The notes under the pieces are model-generated. The model was not told where the DNA came from. It ran no database searches and saw only the letters and a list, made by a program, of their open reading frames with translations. This document shows positions 48,366-57,304 of a stretch of 64,000 nucleotides of DNA, piece by piece. Positions within the stretch are counted from its first letter, which is position 1. Every line of letters starts with the position of its first letter. Origin of the DNA: Candidatus Woesearchaeota archaeon (GTDB lineage Archaea; Nanobdellota; Nanobdellia; SCGC-AAA011-G17; GW2011-AR18); assembly GCA_016179945.1 (NCBI GenBank), contig JACPCE010000001.1, positions 9,202-73,201 of the forward strand, given 5' to 3'. The position numbers and the translations under genes are program-made.

Positions 48366-48533
48366 TTTATATTTAGAATAATCCTTATTTATATTACTTA
48401 CTCATCATTTCTTTGTATTTCTTTTCACCAAATAAAACCCAGTATATTACAAACAAGAATATTATTATCAATATTAAAATTAACCAAGGGCTTAACATAA
48501 AAGAATAAAAATTTTCTTTTTTAAAAAGCTTTC

Positions 48534-48941
48534 CTAGTCAGACCAAACTAAAATAAACATAAGTATTGTAGATAATGGCAATAAATTTGTTATGAAAGCA
48601 AATTGTGGGAAAAGCCACACACCAACTAAAGCTTCTGCTGCTGCCAAAATTGCAAAAAGCTTAGACATATGATGTCCCCTCTTAGCAAACACCCAGAATA
48701 ATACAAATGCACCTATTGCAGATGCAATATCTAAGTAAGGATTATTATAAGCTAGTAAATCTAAGGCATCTATAATAATCGCCAAAGGAATTTTCCACAT
48801 ATCAACTGCTATGTCTAAAAAATGTTTAATGGAAAATAAAATAACCAACAATAATAAAACACCAAAAACAACCCATCCTAAAGTAACAGGTTCACTAACA
48901 GCTTGAACGACAAAACCAGTTATATCACCAAAACTAACCAT
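48534..48941 (-). CDS. Hypothetical multi-pass membrane protein
   Basis: Four predicted TM helices. Confidence 0.45.
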   Translation of the reverse strand: MVSFGDITGFVVQAVSEPVTLGWVVFGVLLLLVILFSIKHFLDIAVDMWKIPLAIIIDALDLLAYNNPYLDIASAIGAFVLFWVFAKRGHHMSKLFAILAAAEALVGVWLFPQFAFITNLLPLSTILMFILVWSD

Positions 48942-49014
48942 AGTTCTAAAGATATATAGTTATTTTAATAGTTTTCTAATTATAATTTTTATATCAAAAG
49001 ACAAGAATCCACAA

Positions 49015-49347
49015 TTATTTAGGATCTTCAACTTTAATTGCATAAGTATGGCCTTGATAACAAAAACCTAAATATCTTCCTTCTGGACTTATGAAATATG
49101 AAGCATTTAGATATTCTGGTGGATCAACTCTGAGTATATTTTTTGTATCCCTCGGCATTAATACTAAACCCAAGGAATTATCACCATAAAAACCTAAATC
49201 GTCTGGTTGATCTTTGGCTATTGCTATCTCTAACAATGAATCAGGAAGAACTTCTAATGCTTTTTCCAAAATAGGCACAGGGGTTCTGCTCCCAACAAGC
49301 AACACTTTTGCGCCAAACTTTCTTACTAACTTCGTTTCTACTGTCAT
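49015..49347 (-). CDS. Hypothetical protein
   Basis: 110-aa ORF. Confidence 0.4.
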   Translation of the reverse strand: MTVETKLVRKFGAKVLLVGSRTPVPILEKALEVLPDSLLEIAIAKDQPDDLGFYGDNSLGLVLMPRDTKNILRVDPPEYLNASYFISPEGRYLGFCYQGHTYAIKVEDPK

Positions 49348-49475
49348 ATAAATTTAAAACAAAGATAAAAATTTAAAAGGTTAACTATCTTTTATTAATT
49401 TTATTTTGATAATATAGCAATAGAATTTGACATTAAAATCAAACAGTTTATAAAATATAAATTTATTAATTTATT

Positions 49476-50087
49476 ATGAAACTAGAAGTCCCTTTTTATA
49501 TTCAAGGAATAAATGAATGTGGTCCTGCAGCATTACAAATGGCTTTAGAATTTCTAGGAGAAAAACACGAAAAGGAAGAAATAAAGAAACTAATTGAAAG
49601 TGAAAGTACTGGTGCAACATGGACTATAGGTCTAGCAAAAGCTTCTGCACAATTAGGATTCAAAACAGAATTTTATAGTAAATCTCTAGGATTCAATCCG
49701 GAAAACTTTGATTTGGAATATTACCAAAGGGAAACAGATGGAGCAGAAAATGTAGAAATAAAAATCAAAAAATTACAAGCAGAATGTATAAAATATAAAG
49801 TAGAAATGGAAGAGAGAGAAATTCCTCTAGATGAAATAATATCGAAAATAAATGAAAATTGCACTGCAATTGTTTTAATAGATTGGGGTAAAATAAAAAA
49901 CGTTGATAGATACATTGGACATTTCTTACCAATAGTGGGATTTGATGAAGAAAATATATACTTGCACCAGCCAGGTCCAAAAGATCCTGAAGCAAATTTC
50001 AAAATAAATAAATTTTTATTTGACACTGCAAGAAAATCAAAAGGAACAGATGAAGATATTATTTTTATTCATAGGAAAATGCACTAA
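49476..50087 (+). CDS. Peptidase C39-like (papain-fold) domain protein
   Basis: VPFYIQGINECGPAALQMALEFLG has the Cys in a C39 / Peptidase_C39_2-like context. Confidence 0.45.
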   Translation: MKLEVPFYIQGINECGPAALQMALEFLGEKHEKEEIKKLIESESTGATWTIGLAKASAQLGFKTEFYSKSLGFNPENFDLEYYQRETDGAENVEIKIKKLQAECIKYKVEMEEREIPLDEIISKINENCTAIVLIDWGKIKNVDRYIGHFLPIVGFDEENIYLHQPGPKDPEANFKINKFLFDTARKSKGTDEDIIFIHRKMH

Positions 50088-50190
50088 CTGGGATTTGAAC
50101 CCAGATCAAAACCTTTTTCCTTAAATTTATTCAAACTTTTTATAAAAAGTTTGTTGGGAAGGTTTCATGCTGCCGTTACACTATTAGTGC
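50080..50190 (-). tRNA. tRNA-Gly (anticodon CCC) with a 40-nt canonical-position (37/38) intron at ~50115-50154
   Basis: Minus-strand RNA reads GCACTAA-TA-GTGT-AACGGCA-GCAT-G-AAACC-TTCCCA-[intron with an 11-bp perfect palindrome CAAACTTTTTA/TAAAAAGTTTG]-A-GGTTT-TGAT-CTGGG-TTCAAAT-CCCAG-TTAGTGC-A. The 3' end overlaps the stop of the 49476..50087 CDS. Confidence 0.6.
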
Positions 50191-50246
50191 ACAATACTTT
50201 AAATAATAATTAACTATTTAAACTTTTAATAAATTTTTCAAAATAT

Positions 50247-50356
50247 AGCCCGTTCGTCTAGCGGCCAAGGATAAAGTTAATTTAAAACTTCCTTTGAGGG
50301 GACTCTGGATGAATAAGAGAAATCCTCTGACGGAGGTTCAAATCCTCCACGGGCTA
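50247..50356 (+). tRNA. tRNA-Gln (anticodon CUG) with two putative introns, at 26/27 (~50274-50297) and 37/38 (~50309-50321). CCA is encoded (to 50359).
   Basis: Acceptor AGCCCGT/ACGGGCT (A1-U72, Gln-like) with A73 and CCA. D-arm GTCT-AGCGGCCAA-GGAT. Anticodon stem GGGGA/TCCTC with loop CTCTGG|A. T-arm GGAGG-TTCAAAT-CCTCC. 110 nt against about 73 expected. A palindrome AAGTTAATTTAAAACTT lies in the first insert. Confidence 0.55.
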
Positions 50357-50487
50357 CCATAATATTTATATAAAACAACAAATTAATAAAATCATGGCAA
50401 ACATAGCAAAAATAAAAATAAATAATTTCTTACTAGCTATGTCTATGATGTTTTAATAGCCTTAATATTTTTTAGGAGGCAACTACA

Positions 50488-51726
50488 ATGAACAAACAAC
50501 AAATAGAAGAAGGAACTTTTATATATTCACAAGAACCAAAAGATTTTCAAAATTTTCGTAAACTTTCTGGACACGACACAAGGGAGCTACGCCAGATTTA
50601 TAAAGAAGAAAATAAATTAAATTATATGCAAAAAAAAGAAATACCAAAAGATAAATTAATAAAACTATATAAAAATAAAAATTTATCAAGCCGTGAAATT
50701 GGAAAGAGGTTAAATTGTGATCATAGTGTAATTTTAAAAAGACTTAAAGAGAATAATATAAAAATAAAAAATCGCAAGGAAAAAATAAATATCAAAAAAA
50801 CAAAATTATATAATCTTTATAATAAAGAAAAATTATCAATATATAAAATAGCAAAATTATGCTCTTGTAGTAGTACATGCATATTATGCAAATTAAGAGA
50901 GTTTAAAATAAAGACTAGAAAAAAGAAAGAAGTAAAGATAAGTAAAAAACAACTAAAAGATTATTATATAAAAGATAAAAAATCCCTGTCTGAAATAGCT
51001 AAAATAAAAAAATGTAGTGTTTCAACAATTCTTAAATTAATGAAAAAATTCAATATCAAAAGAAGAACTTTAAGTGAATCCATTATGAAATATAAAAAAA
51101 GAAATTTCGATGGTAAGAAAAATCTTAAAGCTTATATGACTGGCTTTAGAATAGGAGATTTAAACGTTACAAAGGAAAGCCATCAAATAAAATTAAAAAC
51201 AAACACAACAAAATTAGACCAAGTTCATTTGGTAAAAGAAAATTTCGGAAATTACGGACATTTCTATTTAAAAGAAAGAGGGGGTGAATATGAAATGTCT
51301 TGTTTATTAGACAAATCATTTAAATTTTTAATTAAAAAACATAAAAATATTCCGAAATGGATAATAAAAAACAATGAGTGTTTTATAAATTTTCTAGCAG
51401 GTTATACAGATGCTGAAGGAAATATTGGCATATATGATAAAAGAGCAAGATATAGGGTTGGATCTTACGATAAAGAAATATTATATGAAATTCATGAAAA
51501 ACTTCAAAGTATGAAAATAAATGGAACATTTATATTAGAAACACAAGCTGGAATTTATAAATATGGAAAATTGAATGGAGATTTCTGGAGAATAAATATA
51601 AGTAAAAAGGAAGAACTTTTAGCCTTAGTTAGAACTTTAAAACCGCATATTAAACATAGAAAAAGATATAATGATTTAATAGCAGCAGAAAATAATATTA
51701 TAGAGAGAATTGGAGCAATAGCATGA
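50488..51726 (+). mobile_element. Free-standing LAGLIDADG-family endonuclease with four N-terminal HTH-like repeats
   Basis: Two LAGLIDADG-like motifs (YMTGFRIGDLN and FLAGYTDAEGNIGIYD). Four repeats of about 40 aa of the form ...LY.K..LS..EIAK...CS.STILK.LKE.NIK.... GGAGG SD. The end overlaps the metG start (ATGA). Confidence 0.7.
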
Positions 51727-53855
51727 AAAAAAAGAAGAAATTTTACATAACAACCCCGATATATTATGTTAATGATAAACCTTCTGTTGGAACAGCTTAT
51801 ACAACAGTAACTGCAGACATAATAGCAAGATGGCATAGATTAAAAGATGAAGATGTTTTCTATCTTACAGGATTAGATGAAAATGCACAAAAAACAGTAC
51901 AAGCTTCAATTAAATTAGGTTTTAAAGATATAAAAAAATTTACAGATTTTATGGCAGAAGAATATCTAAAAACTTGGAAAGCTTTAAACATAAGCAATGA
52001 TGATTTCATAAGAACAACAGAAGAAAGACATCATAAATTGGTAACTGAATTTGTAGAAAAAATAAAGAAAAAAGGAGATATTTACAAAGGAACTTATTCT
52101 GGTTTATATTGTGAAGGATGTGAAGCTTTTAAAACTGAAGATGATTTAGTAAATGGATTGTGTCTAGATCATTTAAAGGAACCAAAATACATAGAAGAAC
52201 AAAACTATTTCTTTAAGTTAAGTAAATACCAAGATAAAATTTCAAAACACATAAAAGAAAATCCAGATTTTATCCAACCAAATTCTAGAAGAAATGAAAT
52301 AATTAATTTCCTAAATAAAGGTTTAAAAGATCTCAGTATAACAAGACAAAGTATGAACTGGGGAATTCCATTCCCAGGAGATGAAAAAACGCACTTATAT
52401 GTCTGGTTTGATGCTTTGACAAATTACTTACATCCTAAAGAATATTGGCCTGCAAATATCCATTTAATGGGAAAAGATATAGTGAGGTTTCATGCCCTAA
52501 CTTGGATTGGTATGCTTCTATCTGCTAATTACAAATTACCAAAGAAAGTTTTTGCACATGGTTTCTTCACAGTAAATGGTCAAAAAATGAGTAAAACTTT
52601 AGGTAATATAATTGATCCAGTTTACCTAGTAAATAAATATGGAGTGGATGCTTTAAGATATTTCTACGCAAGAGAAATTCCATTTGGCAATGATGGAGAT
52701 TTCTCAGAAGAATCTTTAAAGACAAGACTAAACAATGAATTAGCAAATGAATTAGGAAATTTAGTATCAAGAACATTAGCAATAATAGAGAAAAAATTAA
52801 ATTCGGAAATAAGAAAAGATTCAACAGATAAAACATTATTTAAAAATTTAGATGTTAAAAAAATAGATAAGTTTATGGAAACTCTAGAGATACATAATGC
52901 TATAGCAGCAATTATGGGTTTTGTGCAAGATTGCAATTCTTATATAAATGATAATGCACCATGGCAGATAGAAGAAAAATCAAAACTAAATAAAATATTA
53001 TATAATTTAACAGATGCAATCAGAATAATTTCAATTTTAATATATCCGTTTATGCCTTCAACATCTGAAAAAATAAACAAGCAATTACAAATAGAAAAAA
53101 ATCAGACTTTAGAATACTGCAAGCCAGGATTGCTAAAAAACCTATTCATAAAAAAAGGAGATATATTATTTACAAAAGTTCTTACAAAAGAAGAAGAGCA
53201 ATATGAAGCAAAGTTTAATAACACAAAGTGTTATGTTGACCAAGATGTTGTAAAACTAGGAATTAAAGTTAAGTTTGCTGAGTTAATAGGATTAAATATA
53301 AAAAGAAAGCATATGGGCCTAGAAAAATTGAAAGATGAAATAGAACATAATTTCAAAGTAAATGAAAAAGTTCTAGAAGGTTATAATAGTTATTATAAAA
53401 AATTAGACATAAAAAATGGAAAATGTTCTGTTTATAATTTAATAGAACTAGTCCAAAAAGGCGGGAAACTTCCAACAATAAATACAGCAGTAGATTCTTA
53501 CAATTTAGTTTCACTTAAAAAATCTTTAGTTGTTGGTGCACATGACAGAGAAAAAATAAAAGGCAGTGTAAGGTTCAAGATTTTAAATGGAACAGAATTT
53601 TACATTCCATTATTCAAAACAGAAAGAGAAGAAGTAATTACAGGAGAATTTGGTTGTGTAGATGATGAAAAAGTTCTTTGCAGACTAGATATTAAACAAG
53701 GAGACCAGACCAAAGTAACTGAAGAAACTAAAAATCTAATTCTTTATGTACAAGGTAATGAATTTACTTCAGATCAATATTTAAATGAAGCATTGGAAGA
53801 AATATGTAATTTAATAATAAAATTCTGTGGTGGAGAATATAGAATGATAGAATGA
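51723..53855 (+). CDS. metG: Methionyl-tRNA synthetase fused to a C-terminal B3/4 (PheT-editing-like) domain
   Basis: The class I core (PIYYVNDKPSVGTAY; KMSKS = QKMSKTLGN). The C-terminal approximately 200 aa (TINTAVDSYNLVSLKKSLVVGAHDREKIKG...VTEETKNLILYVQGNE) are paralogous to the stand-alone B3/4 protein at 15252..15956. Confidence 0.8.
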   Translation: MKKKKKFYITTPIYYVNDKPSVGTAYTTVTADIIARWHRLKDEDVFYLTGLDENAQKTVQASIKLGFKDIKKFTDFMAEEYLKTWKALNISNDDFIRTTEERHHKLVTEFVEKIKKKGDIYKGTYSGLYCEGCEAFKTEDDLVNGLCLDHLKEPKYIEEQNYFFKLSKYQDKISKHIKENPDFIQPNSRRNEIINFLNKGLKDLSITRQSMNWGIPFPGDEKTHLYVWFDALTNYLHPKEYWPANIHLMGKDIVRFHALTWIGMLLSANYKLPKKVFAHGFFTVNGQKMSKTLGNIIDPVYLVNKYGVDALRYFYAREIPFGNDGDFSEESLKTRLNNELANELGNLVSRTLAIIEKKLNSEIRKDSTDKTLFKNLDVKKIDKFMETLEIHNAIAAIMGFVQDCNSYINDNAPWQIEEKSKLNKILYNLTDAIRIISILIYPFMPSTSEKINKQLQIEKNQTLEYCKPGLLKNLFIKKGDILFTKVLTKEEEQYEAKFNNTKCYVDQDVVKLGIKVKFAELIGLNIKRKHMGLEKLKDEIEHNFKVNEKVLEGYNSYYKKLDIKNGKCSVYNLIELVQKGGKLPTINTAVDSYNLVSLKKSLVVGAHDREKIKGSVRFKILNGTEFYIPLFKTEREEVITGEFGCVDDEKVLCRLDIKQGDQTKVTEETKNLILYVQGNEFTSDQYLNEALEEICNLIIKFCGGEYRMIE

Positions 53856-54037
53856 AAGATGAATTAAAAATTATAATTAATATTTCTAAAGAAGCTGGAA
53901 AAATTCTAATGAAATATTATAAAAAGGAGCACACTAAAGAAATAAAAAATGATGATAAATATGACTTTGTTACAAATGTAGATAGAGAAGCAGATATTTA
54001 TATTGTAGAAAAAATAAATACTCTGCCTTTTATATAA
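53852..54037 (+). pseudogene. N-terminal remnant (61 codons) of an inositol monophosphatase / SuhB-family gene
   Basis: ISKEAGKILMKYYKKEHTKEIKNDDKYDFVTNVDREADIYIVEKI matches the IMPase N-terminus (...AG..I...F......K....D.VT..D...E..I...I) and then stops. Confidence 0.55.
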
Positions 54038-54055
54038 AAATAAAAAAGAAGGGAC

Positions 54056-54283
54056 TTATTTCATCCCTTTAAATCCCCACCATAGCATTTTTAATGCACA
54101 TAAAAATACTAGCAAACCAAATGAATGCTCAAATGTAAACCATCCCTTTGGCCAGATCATCAATAGACCTAGAACCGCAGCAACTACACCCCATAATGCG
54201 CATACCCATCCAGAACCCATACACTTGCAAGGGTCAGAATGACACATAGGGCACATTCCCATTCCCATATCTTTTTTTGCCAT
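54056..54283 (-). CDS. Small Cys-motif membrane protein
   Basis: MCPMCHSDPCKCMGSGW followed by two TM helices. Confidence 0.45.
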   Translation of the reverse strand: MAKKDMGMGMCPMCHSDPCKCMGSGWVCALWGVVAAVLGLLMIWPKGWFTFEHSFGLLVFLCALKMLWWGFKGMK

Positions 54284-54389
54284 ATTAATAGCACCTCCAA
54301 TTTTATGAATAAATCCTGGAATTACTGGTTTAAAAGCCTTTCCATTAGGTTTAACATAAAATAAAATAATACACTAATTTATATAAAAA

Positions 54390-55022
54390 TTAATCTATAA
54401 ATTTTAAAATATCAACCAAATTATCAGTATCAACTACAAAATCAGCTGCCTTTTTTAAATTATCACTAAAGGCATTAAAAGCAATAGACCTTCCAACAAT
54501 TTTAAATGCTTCAATATCAGCATCACTGTCTCCTATATACACGACATCTTTCAAATTTACACCTAAGTCGCTAGCCAAATGTCTAACGATTTCAGCCTTC
54601 TTCTCTTTGCCAGCGCCTATTGGCCAGATAAATTCTCCACTAACTTTACCATTAGCAATAATTAGTTCATTGGCATAAATATGATCAATGCCATAGTCTC
54701 TCTGAACCCTTCTAGCCACATCAATACTAGAAGCGCTTATTATAGCAGTAATGACATCTTTCTTCTTGAGCTCTCTAAATACAGTGTCAACTCCATGGAT
54801 ATATTCTAGGCTATTAACTAATTCATAATAAGGTTTAGCATCCCTGCCTTTCCATAGCTTAACAACAACCTCTTCAACCAATTTATTATAATCTGAATGC
54901 AAATATTTCTCAGTTAATTTTTTACCTTCTTCTAAAGTTCCAAAAACTTTATGTAGTTCCATCCAGAAATTAATGTCTTTAAAAATTACACCATCCATAT
55001 CAAAACAAATTAATTTATACAT
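54390..55022 (-). CDS. HAD-superfamily hydrolase (phosphoserine-phosphatase-like)
   Basis: Motif I FDMDGVIF. Motif IV GDSDADIEA. Confidence 0.8.
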   Translation of the reverse strand: MYKLICFDMDGVIFKDINFWMELHKVFGTLEEGKKLTEKYLHSDYNKLVEEVVVKLWKGRDAKPYYELVNSLEYIHGVDTVFRELKKKDVITAIISASSIDVARRVQRDYGIDHIYANELIIANGKVSGEFIWPIGAGKEKKAEIVRHLASDLGVNLKDVVYIGDSDADIEAFKIVGRSIAFNAFSDNLKKAADFVVDTDNLVDILKFID

Positions 55023-55103
55023 AAAATAAAAGAATTAATATTGCTTAAATTAGTTTCTAAAGAAATATATTTTATAAAATTAAATAAAAAAAGAAAACTA
55101 AAC

Positions 55104-55280
55104 CTAATGTTTAGCTCCGCCTACAGAGAATAATCCCCATAACAAAACATAAACTCCAACTACAGTCCAACCATTATACCAAGTTGGCGCAGATTTCCAT
55201 AATGCTGCTACCAAGAATAATACACCAAATACCAAATTCATAACAGCACACTTCTTACAAACGCTCATTCCGCATTCCAT
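55104..55280 (-). CDS. Small Cys-motif membrane protein (58 aa, absent from the ORF track), paralog of 54056..54283
   Basis: Hand translation gives MECGMSVCKKCAVMNLVFGVLFLVAALWKSAPTWYNGWTVVGVYVLLWGLFSVGGAKH. Confidence 0.4.
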   Translation of the reverse strand: MECGMSVCKKCAVMNLVFGVLFLVAALWKSAPTWYNGWTVVGVYVLLWGLFSVGGAKH

Positions 55281-55351
55281 TATTTCATCACCTCATTTTT
55301 TATAAAACTTATATAGAATTCTATGTTTATAGAGATATATAAAATTAATGG

Positions 55352-55531
55352 TGGGCCTGGCCTGATTTGAACAGGCGACCTTTATCGGAAACAATTAGTT
55401 TCTCTCGATTTCGAAACCCTATTAAGAGAGTTAGACTCTCAGTTCTCACCTCCGAAGAGAGAGAATAGGATATCAGTCGAATGAGCAAATCATAATGATT
55501 TTGTGCTCCAGCCAAGCTAAGCTACAGGCCC
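55352..55531 (-). tRNA. Intron-containing tRNA (~180 nt, CCA encoded to 55349) with about 105 nt of intronic insert. The isotype is unresolved; the arms look Ile/Met-like.
   Basis: Minus-strand RNA reads GGGCCTG-TA-GCTT-AGCTTGGCTG-GAGC-A...[insert with palindrome AAATCATTATGATTT and CUGA / AUGAUU-like motifs]...CCGATAA-AGGTC-GCCTG-TTCAAAT-CAGGC-CAGGCCC-A-CCA. The acceptor stem pairs perfectly over 7 bp. Confidence 0.55.
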
Positions 55532-55885
55532 ATAAATTAAAGAGCTTAAAAGAATCTTTATAAAGATTTTGGGAGTGATTTATAGAAAGAATAAGGATCT
55601 AATTCTCCTTTAAGAATTAATTCTCTCTGTGGTAAATTAGTATAATGTGGACAAAAACCAAACTTTTTCCAAACTAAATATTTAGTTAAATGTTTTCTAG
55701 AATTGAAGCCTGTTAATTTCATCCATAATTCCAATTGTTCTTTACCTAAAATTTCCAATTGATTTGAAATATAATATTTATCATAACGCTTTTTGGAAAT
55801 TCATACAAAAAATTAACAGCAAAATTAAATTTTGCTGATAGATTTTCAGTTTGTATATAAAATATTTAAAAAAGAAAAATAAAAA

Positions 55886-56016
55886 CGCCTCAGGGCAGAC
55901 TCGAACTGCCGACCCCATGATCTCTGCTCAGAAAGTAACAGTTTCACAGGTCTTAAATAGAACACATGTGCTCTACCTGTTGCTCGCATTTTCAAAACGC
56001 TCTGAGCTACTGAGGC
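55886..56016 (-). tRNA. tRNA-Arg (anticodon UCU, tentative) with two putative introns, in the D-loop (~55978-56001) and at 37/38 (~55922-55957)
   Basis: RNA reads GCCTCAG-TA-GCTC-AG[AGCGTTTTGAAAATGCGAGCAACA]GGTA-GAGC-A-CATGT-GTTCTA[36 nt]A-TCATG-GGGTC-GGCAG-TTCGAGT-CTGCC-CTGAGGC-G. A poly-U follows the 3' end. Confidence 0.5.
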
Positions 56017-56543
56017 GCCTAAGAACACTATTAAGTTCTTCAAAATCTGAAATTATAATCTCATCAAACATATTATAAAACTTTCTAAATTTCTTCGGAA
56101 TAAATAAAATCACACAATAGCCATTTTTTCTGTAATTTTCGACTTTGTTTTTTAAATTATTAAGTTTAATTGAAGATGGATTTTTCCATTCAGTAGATTC
56201 AATTATATTGTTTCCAATCTTAAAATCTGGAAAGTATATCTTTCCATCTATATTTAAATAAGGTTCATAATTAATTGTTGCAACTCACCTTTCTTTAATT
56301 TAATAAACATATAAATAACAGAAATTTAGTATTTAAAAGCATTACTAAGCTAACGAGGCAATATATTTAATTTTTATAAAAACTTTCTAAAAAAATGTCG
56401 CCCTGCTGATTCACTTGTATTCATATTTAGTTTAACACTAAAATCTACAAGCTTAACTACAGGGCTTAATCTATTAATACTAATTCTAGTTAAAAAGATT
56501 TCTAAATACAAAACAATTTATACTAATTAATATCAAAAATTAA

Positions 56544-57293
56544 ATGAAATTTCCATTTACAATAACATTTAAAACTTATATAGGTATAATTTTATTTATT
56601 CTAACAATAATTGGAATAATAAAAAATGGAGTTTTGCAAACTATTCCTCAATTAATAATAACAATAGCAACAACAATAATACTGGATGTTTCTATAAATT
56701 ACATAAAAGAAAAAGAATTCATTCTTCCAGATTCAGCAACAATATCTGCTTTATTTATAGCAACAGCATTATCAATAAATCAAGTATGGTACATTCCAAT
56801 TACAGCAGGAGCAATAGGAATATTATCAAAGCACATAATAAAAATAAAAGAAAAACATATTTTCAACCCAGCAGTATTTGGTTTATTTGTAGTAATTTTA
56901 TTATTTGACGTAAAGATAGAATGGTGGGCTTCTCAAATTACTTGGTTAGTAATAATTTTAGGTTTATTTATTTCATACAAAGTTAAAAGATTTCATATCA
57001 CAATACCTTATTTCTTAACAAGTATTATAATTTCATTAATATATAATTTAATAGCAAAAAATCCAATCACAATTGGTAATTTATTATTTAGTACAAACTT
57101 ATTTTTCATGTTTTTTATATTGGTAGAACCTATGACTGCTCCAACAAACAATAAAGGAAAAATTATTTATGGAATATTAGCAGCAATATTTTCTTTTTTA
57201 ATATTAATATTTATTCCAAGATTTGAACCTTCAATATTTGCTCTAGTAATAACTGACCTATCTGTTCCATTATTAAATAAACTAGAAAGTTAA
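56544..57293 (+). CDS. Hypothetical polytopic membrane protein
   Basis: About 7 TM helices. Confidence 0.45.
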   Translation: MKFPFTITFKTYIGIILFILTIIGIIKNGVLQTIPQLIITIATTIILDVSINYIKEKEFILPDSATISALFIATALSINQVWYIPITAGAIGILSKHIIKIKEKHIFNPAVFGLFVVILLFDVKIEWWASQITWLVIILGLFISYKVKRFHITIPYFLTSIIISLIYNLIAKNPITIGNLLFSTNLFFMFFILVEPMTAPTNNKGKIIYGILAAIFSFLILIFIPRFEPSIFALVITDLSVPLLNKLES

Positions 57294-57304
57294 TCTTAGT
57301 AAAT

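Noticed and set aside
55846-56078. ORFs 55846..56043 (-) and 55851..56078 (+) overlapping the tRNA-Arg gene
   Set aside because: The region folds into a well-formed tRNA with perfect acceptor and T arms. The ORF translations are not protein-like.
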